DNA of 64,000 bases from an uncultured Spirochaetaceae bacterium (GCA_964488255.1 CAZAUR010000009.1:81581-145580), one strand, 5' to 3'. Positions 30,762 to 45,749 are shown, counted from the stretch's first letter. The notes: generated by a model not told the origin, from the sequence alone. Numbers and translations are program-made.

Positions 30762-31999
30762 CCGGGCCCGACCTGGAGCCCTTCGCGGACCGTCCCGTCG
30801 GGCCGCTCAGTCCCTTTCGAGAGCGCGCCTTTCTGGCAACGTGGACGAGCGGCGCGCTCTCGTCCTCCGCCAACTGGATGCTCGCCTTGAGCGTTCCGGT
30901 GCTCGTCTACGAGCTGACGGAGTCGGTCACCCTGGTCGGGACGGCGGCCGTGGCCGCGAACCTGCCGTCGCTCGTCGGCTCGCCGCTCGGCGGCGTGTGG
31001 TCGGACCGCTACTCGAAGCGGTTCGTGCTGATCGCCGCGTTGCTCGTCCAGATCGCCCTCGCCTTCGCCCTGTATCGCGCCAGCCTGAGCCCGGACCTGA
31101 CCCTTCCCACGCTATTCACGCTCACCACCGCGAACGGACTCGCCTCGTCGGTCAACCTCTCCGCCTATCAGGCCCTCGTCGCCGACGTGGTCCCAACGCA
31201 TGCGGTCCGACCGGCCTACCGCCTGCAGGCGATCCTGTTCAACGCGTCGCGCGCGATCGGCCCGGCGGTCGCCGGCTGGGTGCTCGCGACATGGGGCGCA
31301 CCGACGGCCTTCCTGGTGAATGCGGTCGCGCATCTACCGCTCATCGGGGTGCTCCTCGTGATCCGACCCCGTCGCGTCGCGCGTGCCGAGACCACGAACG
31401 CGCTGCGGGAGATCTTCGAGGCCCTCCATACGACATGGCAGACGCCAGCCTTGCGCGTCTCCCTCGTGACCGTCGCCACGAGCGCCGCGTTCGGCATGAG
31501 CGTGCAGCAGCTCGGCAAAGGCCTGACCGAGCAGGTCTTCCACGTCGACGACGCGGGTCTCGGCCTACTCATCGCCTCGATCGGCGTCTTCGCCGTGGTC
31601 TCGAGCGTCGCCCTCGCCTTCGCGGGTGAGCTTCTGCGCGGCTCGGTGCTGGTCCGCGCCGGGCTCGTGATCTACGGCCTGGGTCTCTTCGTCGTCGCTG
31701 CGACGCCGATCTTCGAGGTCGCGCTCGTGGGCTTCGCGATCACGGGCGTCGCGCACGTCCTGGTGAACATCTCGGTCACGATGGCGATCCAGAGCCACGT
31801 ACCCGACGTCTACCGCGGACGCGTCACCTCCCTGCAGCTGATGGCGATCATCCTCTCGAACGCCTTCGGGGCCCAGCTCGGCGGTGCCCTCGGCGACCTG
31901 GTCGGCCTCCCGTTCGTCGTCGGAGCCTATGGCGCGGCGCTGATCGCCTTCGCGGCGATCGCGCAGTGGGGCATGGGCCGGCTGCACGCGCTCGATTGA
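30746..31999 (+). CDS. MFS transporter
   Basis: About 12 predicted TM segments, with FRERAFLATWTSGALSS and GGVWSDRYSKR (MFS loop 2-3 motif). The putative GTG start at 30746 lies inside the third repeat copy. Confidence 0.8.
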   Translation: MADLGPGPDLEPFADRPVGPLSPFRERAFLATWTSGALSSSANWMLALSVPVLVYELTESVTLVGTAAVAANLPSLVGSPLGGVWSDRYSKRFVLIAALLVQIALAFALYRASLSPDLTLPTLFTLTTANGLASSVNLSAYQALVADVVPTHAVRPAYRLQAILFNASRAIGPAVAGWVLATWGAPTAFLVNAVAHLPLIGVLLVIRPRRVARAETTNALREIFEALHTTWQTPALRVSLVTVATSAAFGMSVQQLGKGLTEQVFHVDDAGLGLLIASIGVFAVVSSVALAFAGELLRGSVLVRAGLVIYGLGLFVVAATPIFEVALVGFAITGVAHVLVNISVTMAIQSHVPDVYRGRVTSLQLMAIILSNAFGAQLGGALGDLVGLPFVVGAYGAALIAFAAIAQWGMGRLHALD

Positions 32000-32233
32000 T
32001 CCTCGCCCGCCGGTGATCGTCCGCGCCGGGCGGTCTCGAATGCGCAGCGCCGCTTCCGATCCGACGCAGGATCGCGCCGGAATTCTCGTCAGGGAAACGT
32101 GGGGCGCCGCCCGTTTCCCATCGACGAACCCGTCGTCCACGACGCGACTAACTCATTGTTTTCATTGACCTATTAGAGCTGACTCCATGTAAGATCGTTC
32201 TCGGAGCGCTCTGGAAAGTGGGATTCCATCCGA

Positions 32234-32716
32234 ATGGAGTTCCCGATGCACCGTCCTTCCTCCCTGCTGCTGGCCGTCCTGGCCGCCGGCATGCTGCTCG
32301 CCGCGCCTGCGCAGGCGGTCCTCCACATCATCAACTTCGACAATCCGGCGATCACCGGCAGCTTCGACGTCGACATCTCCGGCCTGACCTCGGGCGATAC
32401 CGTCGGCTGCAACGGCCCGAGCTTCCCCTGCGACTTCACGTCGTTCGAGGTCACGTTCGGCGGCACGACCTTCGACATCCTCGACTCGAACGAAGTGCTG
32501 AGCGGCACGATGGGCGCGAGCGGGATCGAGAGCCTCTTCGTGCTGATGTTCGACGATGTCGGGACGATGACCTTCGACTCGCTCGAGATGTTCAACGACG
32601 GCACCTACAACATCAATCCGTCGGGCAGCTACACGATCACCGTCGTGCCGGAGCCGGGCACGGCGCTGATGATGGGCCTCGGCCTCGTCGGTCTGGCGGG
32701 TCTTCGCCGACGTTAG
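32234..32716 (+). CDS. PEP-CTERM sorting-domain secreted protein
   Basis: Signal peptide LLLAVLAAGMLLAAPAQA. C-terminus VPEPGTALMMGLGLVGLAGLRRR has the PEP motif, a TM helix and an Arg cluster. GC is locally lower. Confidence 0.85.
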   Translation: MEFPMHRPSSLLLAVLAAGMLLAAPAQAVLHIINFDNPAITGSFDVDISGLTSGDTVGCNGPSFPCDFTSFEVTFGGTTFDILDSNEVLSGTMGASGIESLFVLMFDDVGTMTFDSLEMFNDGTYNINPSGSYTITVVPEPGTALMMGLGLVGLAGLRRR

Positions 32717-32751
32717 GCGAGCCGCGCACCTCGCCCATCGCGAAACGAGAA

Positions 32752-32800
32752 AAGCCGCTCGAGCTGCCTCCGTCGGCAGACTCGAGCGGCTTCTTTCGTT
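32752..32800 (+). terminator. Rho-independent terminator after the PEP-CTERM gene
   Basis: AAGCCGCTCGAGCTGCC-tccgtc-GGCAGaCTCGAGCGGCTT is a long near-perfect stem, followed by CTTTCGTT. Confidence 0.65.
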
Positions 32801-32824
32801 CCTGGCCCGGAGCCGTCAGCGCAA

Positions 32825-32847
32825 GACAGGCCCCAAACGGGCCTGTC
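32825..32847 (-). terminator. Stem-loop downstream of sucD
   Basis: GACAGGCCC-caaac-GGGCCTGTC is a perfect 9-bp stem 24 nt past the sucD stop. The U-tract is weak. Confidence 0.4.
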
Positions 32848-32870
32848 GAGAGGCGCGCAGCGCCGACGGA

Positions 32871-33749
<879 letters not shown>

Positions 33750-33751
33750 GA

Positions 33752-34921
33752 TCAGGCGGCTCCCTTCACGGCGGCGACGGCGAGCTCGCCCGCTTCCTTG
33801 AGCGTCTCGGCCGGCGTGATGTTCAGGTTGGACTGGGCCAGGATCTCGCGTCCCTCGACCGACTTCGTGCCCTGCAGCCGGACGACGAGGGGCACCTCGA
33901 CGCCGAGCTCGTCCGCGGCCGCGACGACGCCCTCGGCGATCAGGTCGCAGCGGACGATGCCGCCGAAGATGTTCACGAGGATCGCCTTCACGTTGTCGTC
34001 GCGGAGGATCAGCTTGAAGGCTTCCTTCACCTTCTCCTTGTCCGCGCCGCCCCCGGCGTCCAGGAAGTTCGCCGGCGTGCCGCCGCAGTGGTGGATCATG
34101 TCGAGGGTCGCCATCGCGAGGCCCGCGCCGTTCACCATGCAGCCGATCGAGCCGTCGAGGCCCACGTAGGCGAGATCGATCTCCTTCGCGGCGCGCTCGC
34201 GCTCGTCCTCTTCCTCGGGGTCGCGGAGCGCCGCGATCTCGGGGTGTCGGTAGAGCGCGTTGTCGTCGAAGTTGACCTTGCCGTCGATCGCGAAGAGGTC
34301 GCCCTCTTCCGTCACGATCATCGGATTGATCTCGACCTGCGAGCAGTCCTTCTCGAGGAAGAGGTCGAAGAGTCCACGCACGAAGGGCACGAACTTGCCG
34401 ACCAGGTCCTTGTCGAAGCCGAGGCGGAAGCCGAGCTCGCGGCTCTGGTAGTCGCGGAGCCCCACGTTCGGGTCGACCAGGGTCGTCAGGATCTTGTCCG
34501 GCGTCTTCTCGGCGACGACTTCGATCTCCATGCCGCCCTCGGTCGACGCGACGATCGCGAACTTCTCCGCCGCGCGATCGAAGAGGATCGCCAGGTAGAG
34601 CTCGTCCTTGATGTTGCTGCCGGCCTCGACGTAGACCTTCCGGACGAGCTTCCCCTCCGGCGGCGTCTGGGGCGTATGCAGCGTCATCCCGAGGATCTCG
34701 CTGGCCGCCGTCTTCGCCTCGGCCGCGCTCTTCACGACCTTCACACCGCCGCCCTTGCCGCGGCCTCCGGCGTGCACCTGCGCCTTCACGACGACCACGG
34801 GCGTGCCGAGATTCTTGGCCGCCCGCTCCGCCTCTTCCGGCGTCGTCGCGAGCGCGCCCTCGGGCACGGCCACGCCGAACTCCCGGAAGAGCTCCTTCGC
34901 TTGATACTCATGAACGTTCAT
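33752..34921 (-). CDS. sucC: Succinyl-CoA synthetase beta subunit
   Basis: [31 protein letters not shown] and the [10 protein letters not shown] region. Confidence 0.96.
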   Translation of the reverse strand: MNVHEYQAKELFREFGVAVPEGALATTPEEAERAAKNLGTPVVVVKAQVHAGGRGKGGGVKVVKSAAEAKTAASEILGMTLHTPQTPPEGKLVRKVYVEAGSNIKDELYLAILFDRAAEKFAIVASTEGGMEIEVVAEKTPDKILTTLVDPNVGLRDYQSRELGFRLGFDKDLVGKFVPFVRGLFDLFLEKDCSQVEINPMIVTEEGDLFAIDGKVNFDDNALYRHPEIAALRDPEEEDERERAAKEIDLAYVGLDGSIGCMVNGAGLAMATLDMIHHCGGTPANFLDAGGGADKEKVKEAFKLILRDDNVKAILVNIFGGIVRCDLIAEGVVAAADELGVEVPLVVRLQGTKSVEGREILAQSNLNITPAETLKEAGELAVAAVKGAA

Positions 34922-34933
34922 GTCGATGAACTC

Positions 34934-37785
<2,852 letters not shown>

Positions 37786-38077
37786 CCTGGCTCCCGCACT
37801 CTCTCGTTTGCCTCGCGGTCGGGGCCCCGAGGCGGTCTCGTAGGCGCACACCCAGGGCCGTGCGGATCCGGGACGGAATCGGCCAGGGCGTTTGCCACGC
37901 AATCGGTTATCGAATCGAAGCGGGTGTGTCGGCGTCGCGGACGGGTCACGACCGCGCGTCGCTTCCGCGCGTCGGCCCGAGGGTCGTCGCGAGGACGACC
38001 GAGGCGTGGCGGGGGGCGGCTCCGGACGTGGCCGGGCATGGACGCCGGACCCGGAAAACGTCGTGAAATCGGCAGGT

Positions 38078-38106
38078 TGGATAGCAACGGGGCCGGGTGG
38101 TGTCAA
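38078..38106 (-). promoter_or_regulatory. Sigma-70-like promoter candidate for aspS
   Basis: The minus strand reads TTGACA (38106-38101), a 17-nt spacer, then TATCCA (38083-38078). This implies a leader of roughly 290 nt. Confidence 0.35.
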
Positions 38107-38155
38107 TCGGGCGTAGGCCCTCCCCCGCCCCGATGGAGGCACTTCGACGCGCGGA

Positions 38156-39592
38156 TCAGTCGAGATCGTTCGCCGACGCCACTCGATTCCGCCCGGCACT
38201 CTTCGCGCGGTACATCGCCTTGTCCGCCGCATCGAGCAGGGGCTCCCGGGTCTCCCCGTGGTCCGGGCAGGTCGCGACCCCGATCGAGATCGAGAGCCGG
38301 TGAGTGCCGTCACGGCCGGCCTCGAAGACGTGCGCCTCTACAGCGGCGCGGATCCGCTCCGCGACCTTCATGGCGATGTCGTGGGGCGTGTCGACGAGCA
38401 GGATCGTGAACTCGTCGCCGCCGTAGCGCGCGAGGGTGTCGACCTGGCGGACGCACTCCTTCAGCAGCTTCGACAGCGACCGCAGGGTGTCGGATCCGAC
38501 CAGATGACCGTAGCGGTCGTTCACGAGCTTGAATCGGTCGAGGTCGAGGAAGAGCACCGAGAGCGGATTGCCGTATCGCTCGGCGCGCTGGATCTCGTTG
38601 TCGACGGTCGCGAGCAGATAGCGGGCGTTGTAGACGCCCGTCACGTCGTCGATGAAGGCGCGCTCCTTCGCATGGTGGTAGCGCTCGGCGGTCGCGAGGG
38701 CGGCGCTGGCTCGGCGGGCGATCGTCTGGGCGGTCGCGAGGTCGGCGTCGTCGAAGCGGCGCCCCTCGGACAGGATCCAGACGTGACCGAGCTCCTGATC
38801 GTCACCACGCAGCGGCACCGAGAGCAGCGCACCCGGCGATTCGAGACCGACCTGACCGAGGGCGTGATTCAGGGGGCCCCACGGCACGACGCCGACCTCC
38901 CCCCGCCCCATCGTCGACTCGAGACTCTTCTCCTCGATCAGGAAGCGCGAGAGGCGATCACGGGTCTCGTCGTCGAAGCCGCGGGCCGCGACCCCGGCGC
39001 CCTGGGGCGCGGGGCTCGGCGAGAAGAAGGCGATGCCCCGGCGACAGCCGAGGCGCTCCAGCAGCAGCTCGAGGGTCTGCGGATAGAGCTTGCCGGGCTC
39101 GAGGCACTGCGCGAGCGGCTCGCAGGCGCGCTCCGTCTCGAGCTGGGAATACAGCTCCGCGCGGTCGCGCTCGGCTTCCAGGAGCTGGGCGACGACGATG
39201 GTCGCCATCGGGAGCGCCTCCGCCTGCGCCATGGGCAGTCGATACAAAGGCGACGCGCCCTCGTCTGCCGGCGGCGGACTCGCCCCGACGTCCGCCGACG
39301 CCACGTCCTCGGACATCGCGATCCGGGCCATCGCGGCCCCGGGCCTGCCCCACTCCGCCCAGACCGGGTCGTCGAGGATCGCGTCGGCTTCCTCGCCGAG
39401 GCCGACCAGCACCAGATAGGGCGCGCCCCGCGACGCGTCGGCGGCGGCCGCGGCGGTCGGAAACGGTGCGCAAGAGAAGCGGTGGGACTGTGAGGCCGCG
39501 GCCAGCCCGGCCACCAGCTGCGACGCGACGGGCGCCGCGCCCTCGCCCACGAGCAGGACGGGGATCGGCGCGCGCGGATCGGACTCGGGCAT
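38156..39592 (-). CDS. Diguanylate cyclase (degenerate receiver-like N-terminus, GAF, GGDEF)
   Basis: VTGVYNARYL, FLDLDRFKLVNDRYGH, the RYGGDEFTILL active site and AMYRAKSAGRNR. Start at ATG 39592. Confidence 0.88.
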   Translation of the reverse strand: MPESDPRAPIPVLLVGEGAAPVASQLVAGLAAASQSHRFSCAPFPTAAAAADASRGAPYLVLVGLGEEADAILDDPVWAEWGRPGAAMARIAMSEDVASADVGASPPPADEGASPLYRLPMAQAEALPMATIVVAQLLEAERDRAELYSQLETERACEPLAQCLEPGKLYPQTLELLLERLGCRRGIAFFSPSPAPQGAGVAARGFDDETRDRLSRFLIEEKSLESTMGRGEVGVVPWGPLNHALGQVGLESPGALLSVPLRGDDQELGHVWILSEGRRFDDADLATAQTIARRASAALATAERYHHAKERAFIDDVTGVYNARYLLATVDNEIQRAERYGNPLSVLFLDLDRFKLVNDRYGHLVGSDTLRSLSKLLKECVRQVDTLARYGGDEFTILLVDTPHDIAMKVAERIRAAVEAHVFEAGRDGTHRLSISIGVATCPDHGETREPLLDAADKAMYRAKSAGRNRVASANDLD

Positions 39593-39693
39593 GCGGGGCA
39601 CCTCCCCACCTTCGAATCGTCGGACGGAGCGCCGACGGCGGACCAAGGGTTACCGAATTATCGGAATGGAAGCCGATCTGCTTGAGACGACCG

Positions 39694-41100
39694 CTAACTG
39701 AGGGGTCGTAGCCACGTTCGGCCGCCGTCCCGCGTGCGCGCCAGGTGACCGTCATCACCCACGCGCCAGCCGCTCTGCCCATCGGGCTCGAACGCGACGT
39801 CTCGCAGGGCAGCGAAGCCCGGCGTTGCGCTCGAAACCGGCTCGAAGCGCCAGTCGTCCGAGTCGGGAGCGCCGCGGAAGGCCTGGCCTTGTCGACCGAC
39901 CGCGATGACGCCGTCCGGCGTCCGCGCGATCGCGAGAAGCGCATGGGACCCCGGCTGCGCGGCGACCCGGAGCGGGCCGACCTCGCCCTCCCCCACGAAG
40001 ATCCGTCCGCGATCGTCGCCTGCGACGAGCCCGGCCGCGGTCACGACGACCGAGCGCAACGAAACACTCTCGCGCGCCTTCACCGTCGCGCTCGGAACGG
40101 GCGCGAGCCGCCCACGCCAATAGCGCGCGAGGAGCCCGGGGTCGTCGTCGAGGAAGTCCTCGTAGCCCCAGGGTGGTGCCCCGAAGATTTCGATGGCCGA
40201 CGCCTCGACGCCCGCGGCTTCGAGTCGCGCGGCGAGCTCCCGGGTCCGCGCTTCGATCCGATCGAAGAGCGCGCTGGGATCCTGGTCCTCCGCATAACGT
40301 CGGATCTCCTCGCGCGTGACGAACGCTTCGACCCGCCACGCAACCGGAAAGCGCGCGAGCGTCTCGGCCGTTCCCTGCAAGCGGTCGGCGTCCTCACGCG
40401 TGAGGTCGACACCGCCGACGCGAAAGCGGAAGGTCGGCAGCCCGGCCGGGTCCCCGATCGATCGCGACGCGAGCACGTCGGTCGCGGGGTCGATCGCGAC
40501 GACCCCGTCGCCGACGGCCCAGCATCGGGGCAGCGGCTGCGAGGCGCAGTCGACCGCTACCAGCGCCTTCGGAGCGGGCACGTCCGGGTCGGCCTCCGGA
40601 CGCGCTGCACGCCACAGGCCACCGCCGTCCACGGTCGCGAGCCAGCGGCCTTCCGAGGCGAGCACGACGGCGCGCCGGGCGTCGATCGCCGCGACGGCGT
40701 GGAGGGGCCAGTCGTCCGCGCGGCCGGGCAGCCTCTGGCGTTCCCATCTCGCGCCGCCGTCCTCGGTCCGCAGGAGCGTTCCCGGGCCGACCGCCCAGCC
40801 GTGGATCGCGTCGGCCATCACGACGTCGGTCAGTCCGGAGACGGGCGGCGTCCGCCCGCGCGACCATGAAGCGCCGCCATCGGTGGTGCGGAACAAGCGG
40901 CCGTCCGCGCTGGCCACGATCGCCTGTCCCGACGCAGGGGCAGCGACCCCGACGAGGTCACCGCTCGGGTGGATCGGCGCAGGCCTGGCTTCGGTTTCCT
41001 CGGCATCGTCGCCGCACGCGAGGGCGAGCCCCACGACCCCCAGCCCGGCGAGGGCCAGCCGCTTCGCGTTCGACGATCTGGGCGATCGCTGCGTTCGCAT
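39694..41100 (-). CDS. BNR/Asp-box repeat lipoprotein (Ycf48-like beta-propeller)
   Basis: Lipobox GLALACG. Four Asp-box-like motifs: TTDGGASW, TEDGGARW, TVDGGGLW and TRDGGRTW. Start at ATG 41100. Confidence 0.7.
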   Translation of the reverse strand: MRTQRSPRSSNAKRLALAGLGVVGLALACGDDAEETEARPAPIHPSGDLVGVAAPASGQAIVASADGRLFRTTDGGASWSRGRTPPVSGLTDVVMADAIHGWAVGPGTLLRTEDGGARWERQRLPGRADDWPLHAVAAIDARRAVVLASEGRWLATVDGGGLWRAARPEADPDVPAPKALVAVDCASQPLPRCWAVGDGVVAIDPATDVLASRSIGDPAGLPTFRFRVGGVDLTREDADRLQGTAETLARFPVAWRVEAFVTREEIRRYAEDQDPSALFDRIEARTRELAARLEAAGVEASAIEIFGAPPWGYEDFLDDDPGLLARYWRGRLAPVPSATVKARESVSLRSVVVTAAGLVAGDDRGRIFVGEGEVGPLRVAAQPGSHALLAIARTPDGVIAVGRQGQAFRGAPDSDDWRFEPVSSATPGFAALRDVAFEPDGQSGWRVGDDGHLARTRDGGRTWLRPLS

Positions 41101-41156
41101 CGGCGCGGAGGATACTGCCCCGGCCGCGCGACCCAAAGCCGCGCGAGCGCTGATCG

Positions 41157-42104
41157 CTACGCGCTCGCCATCGCGAGGCGCATCGACGTCACGCGGCCGA
41201 GCCCGCCGTCCTCGACACACACGGACTCGCCGCCCATCTGCGCGAGCCCCTGCTGGACGGCCTCGGGCGGATGGCCGGTCGGACCGCGGCGATCCGTGTC
41301 CGGGACGTCCACGACCGAGACGAGCACGCCCGTCGGACGGTCGCCGCCGATCGTGCGGGCCAGGATCGTGATCGGCTGGTCCGGCTTCGCTTCGTCGATC
41401 CGCTGGCGGACCAGCTGCGACAGAAGACGCTCGAACACGACGGTCGCGCCGGAGGCACGCGGCAGGTTCGGCGGCATCAGCACCTCGAGGTCGACGCTGG
41501 AGGGCACTTCCTGCGCGACGCGCTCGGTCACGCGCATGATCGCGTTCGCAACGTCGAAGCGACCCTGCTGTGCCTTGCCGCCCCGCAGCGCCACCGACAG
41601 CTCGCGCAGCCATTTCTGGGCGGTCTCGAGCTGGCGCAGACCCGTTTCCATCAGCTGGTGCTGCGCGTCGTTGAGCCGACCGTCGAGCTGCTCCGAGAGC
41701 GTGGATATCGCCTTGAGCGCGTCCGCGATCGGCTCCCCGAGCTCGTCGGCGAGGCTCGTGAGGGGCTCCTCGTTCGACTGCTCCTCGAGCATCACCATCA
41801 CGACGCCGACGCGATCGTCCTCGGCTTCGATCGGAGAACACAATCCGGTGTAGGCATGACCACCTTCGCGGATCTGCAGACGCGCGGCCTGGCCGCGCTG
41901 CAGCACCTGCGCGGTCGCGGTCAGCACGACCTCGCGCGCGCCGCCGCCGAAGACCATCGCCAGGGGCTCGCCGACGGGGTCCTCGTCCATGGGGCAGAAG
42001 CGCTCGCGGAACGACGGGTTCGCGTAGACGACACAACCCTCGGGATCGCCCACGAGGATCGGTGCGTCGAGATGACCGAGTAGTGAGATCTCTTCAGCGC
42101 CCAT
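41157..42104 (-). CDS. PAS domain protein with a histidine-kinase-like C-terminal ATPase fold (no clear H-box)
   Basis: PAS-like ILVGDPEGCVVYANPSFRERF, a helical linker and an HATPase-like C-terminus (ITILARTIGG...VLVSVVDVPD...GLGRV). ATG 42104 is preferred; a GTG at 42176 would read through the 38-bp repeats. Confidence 0.6.
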   Translation of the reverse strand: MGAEEISLLGHLDAPILVGDPEGCVVYANPSFRERFCPMDEDPVGEPLAMVFGGGAREVVLTATAQVLQRGQAARLQIREGGHAYTGLCSPIEAEDDRVGVVMVMLEEQSNEEPLTSLADELGEPIADALKAISTLSEQLDGRLNDAQHQLMETGLRQLETAQKWLRELSVALRGGKAQQGRFDVANAIMRVTERVAQEVPSSVDLEVLMPPNLPRASGATVVFERLLSQLVRQRIDEAKPDQPITILARTIGGDRPTGVLVSVVDVPDTDRRGPTGHPPEAVQQGLAQMGGESVCVEDGGLGRVTSMRLAMASA

Positions 42105-42106
42105 CA

Positions 42107-42206
42107 GTCCCACTCCAGGATGCCGGCTTCGGCAACACTCATTCGTCCCACTCCAGGATGCCGGCTTCGGCAACACTCATTCGTTCCACTCCAGGATGCC
42201 GGCTTC
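42107..42206 (-). repeat. 38-bp tandem repeat (2 full copies plus a 24-nt third) spanning a gene junction
   Basis: The minus-strand unit GAAGCCGGCATCCTGGAGTGG(A/G)ACGAATGAGTGTTGCC lies at 42206-42169 and 42168-42131, with a partial copy at 42130-42107. The two full copies differ at one base. Confidence 0.9.
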
Positions 42207-42743
42207 GTGCATGCGGTGGACCGAGCGCAGCGCCTCGAACCGGTCCATGCCGGAGACCGAGACCAGGTCCGAGAGAGGCGTCATGCCGTCGACCATCGAG
42301 AGCAGGAAACCCGCGGAGGGCGGAAGGTTGCGACCCTGGAGATCCCCGCCGTCCCCCACGACCCGCGGCACCTGCGACAGGTCACCGAGCTCCGCGAGGT
42401 AGCCGCGAAAGAGCCGCGCCCGCAGGAGCTCGATCATCGCCTCCACGTCGAGCTGCCCGTTCGCGGGCACGCTCGTCAGCAGCTCGAGACCGGCTTCCTC
42501 GTTCTCGGCGTGCACCAGGCGTCGCGCGTCCTCGACGATCGAGGTCGAGGCATCCAGCGACTCGCCGCGCGGCTTCGACCGACGATCGGCGTCGCGGATG
42601 TAGTCGAGGGCTTCCTCGTTGCCGGGATCGAGCTCGAGCGCCTCGTTCCAGAGCATGAACGCGTGTGCGACGTCTCCAGTGCCGTAGCACTCGAGACCCT
42701 GCTGCAGCAGCGTCGCCACCTTGTCTTCGTTCGCTTGCGTCAT
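42177..42743 (-). CDS. Small TPR-like protein sharing a C-terminal about 45-aa domain with the J-protein N-terminus
   Basis: 188 aa. N-terminal TPR-like LLQQGLECYGTGDVAHAFMLWNEALELDPGNEEAL. C-terminal SAGFLLSMVDGMTPLSDLVSVSGMDRFEALRSVHRMHEAGILE aligns with [43 protein letters not shown] in the J-protein. Confidence 0.6.
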   Translation of the reverse strand: MTQANEDKVATLLQQGLECYGTGDVAHAFMLWNEALELDPGNEEALDYIRDADRRSKPRGESLDASTSIVEDARRLVHAENEEAGLELLTSVPANGQLDVEAMIELLRARLFRGYLAELGDLSQVPRVVGDGGDLQGRNLPPSAGFLLSMVDGMTPLSDLVSVSGMDRFEALRSVHRMHEAGILEWNE

Positions 42744-42792
42744 CGGCCGTCCCTGGCTCGGAGAGAGCGAGTGATTGGGATCGCTGCTTCGA

Positions 42793-44360
<1,568 letters not shown>

Positions 44361-44364
<4 letters not shown>

Positions 44365-45749
44365 GAGGTCTCCCCTCCGCGCGCTGCATCGCGCGCTCCA
44401 ATACGCACGGCGGCCAGCGCCCGCCGTGCTTCCAGATCTTCTTCGTCGAACTTGAGCGCCCGCTCGAAGCAGCTCACCGCTTCGTCGAGGTCACCCTGCT
44501 CCTTGTGGATCCGTCCCAGCATCGTGTGCGCCGAGGCGGACTCGGGCTGGCGGATCAGCAGCGTCTCGATGTATTCGCGCGCCTCGTCCCACTTCTCGAG
44601 ACGCAGACAGATGCGACCGGCGCGCTCGTTGAGCTCCGGGTCATGCGGGCGGTAGGGCAGCACGTCCTCGAGCAGGCGCAGCGCTTCGAAGAGCTCGCTG
44701 TCGCTCATGCGGTCGGACGGCTTCGCGAGCAGGTTCGCGGCGCGCGCGCCGGCGGCGGCGATCTTGAGGCTACCGAGGGCTTCCTTGAACTCGGAGCGGC
44801 CCGGGTCGAAACTGATCGCGATGCGGATGCTCGCCTCCGCCTCCTGCAGACGGCCCGCCTGCTGCGACGTCTGGGCGGCGCGGAAGATCTCGTCCGCCTG
44901 GGCACGACGCGCGGCGATCGCCGCGTGGTTGATCTTGAAGGGCATCCGCTGCTTCAGGCGCTCGAGCTTCGTGAGCGGGCGCGGCTTGGCGGGCCGCGCT
45001 TCGGCGTCGGGCGTCGTGCCCGCGGCTGGCGACTCCGGAACGGCCGCGGCATCGACCGGCGACGCCTCGGGCGCGGATTCGGCCGGCTGGTTCTGGACCT
45101 GACACAGCTCCGGATCCGACAGGATCTCGTGCGCCTCGAGGACCTTCTTGAAGATGCGATCGAGACGTTCACCGTAGTTCCCGATCTCCTTGCGGAAGTA
45201 GCGATCGGGATGGAATTCCTTGGAGAGCTTGAAGTAGGCCCTCTTCACGTCCTTCGGCTGGGCACCGGGCTGGACGCCGAGCAGCTCGTGATAGGGCCGA
45301 CCCAGGGAGGCTTCGTACTCGAGGATCCGACGCTGCACGTCGAGATCGATCTCGAGGGCCTCGTCGAGCACGCTCTCGTCGATGCTGACCGGCGCGGCGG
45401 GCGGCGCCTCGGCGGCATCGACCGGCGGCGCTTGGTTCGCTTCGGCGTCGGACTCGGATGCGGTCTCGCTCGCGCTTTCGGTCGACGCGTCCGCGCCGCC
45501 GACGACTTCGAGCCAGCCTTCTCCGAGCCAGCGCGCGAGACATGCGTCGACTTCCTCGGGCGGGATGCCCCCGATCTCACGCAGCAATCGCCACGGCGTC
45601 GCGCCGTCGATGCGCGAGAACAGGTATCCCTCCGCTGCGCTCGAAACGAGCTGCGTCCCGTCGCACCCGCTCACGAGTGCCAACACCTGTTCCATGTGAT
45701 CCGTGGCGTCCGCCAAGACCGAGCTCCCATTGCTCCATGCAGGGAACAC
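44361..45749 (-). CDS. J-domain protein with an N-terminal partner-like domain and C-terminal TPR repeats
   Basis: J-domain [32 protein letters not shown] (HPD motif) with a TPR-like C-terminal third. Start uncertain (M1 or M19). Confidence 0.8.

Noticed and set aside
32166-32196. TTGACC ... TAAGAT as a sigma-70 promoter for the PEP-CTERM gene.
   Set aside because: The spacer is 19 nt by my count, outside the usual 16-18 range. It is plausible but too weak to list as a feature.
32173-32604. 143-aa minus-strand ORF in the lower-GC pocket.
   Set aside because: It is antisense to the PEP-CTERM gene, which has a clear signal peptide and sorting motif. The antisense product has no features and starts inside the terminator-proximal region.
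37786-38155. An RNase P RNA, 6S RNA or tmRNA gene in the aspS upstream gap.
   Set aside because: No GAGGAAAGUCCGGGC-type RNase P core, no tmRNA tRNA-like ends or tag ORF, and no recognisable 6S bulge architecture were visible by eye. Left as an unexplained leader instead.
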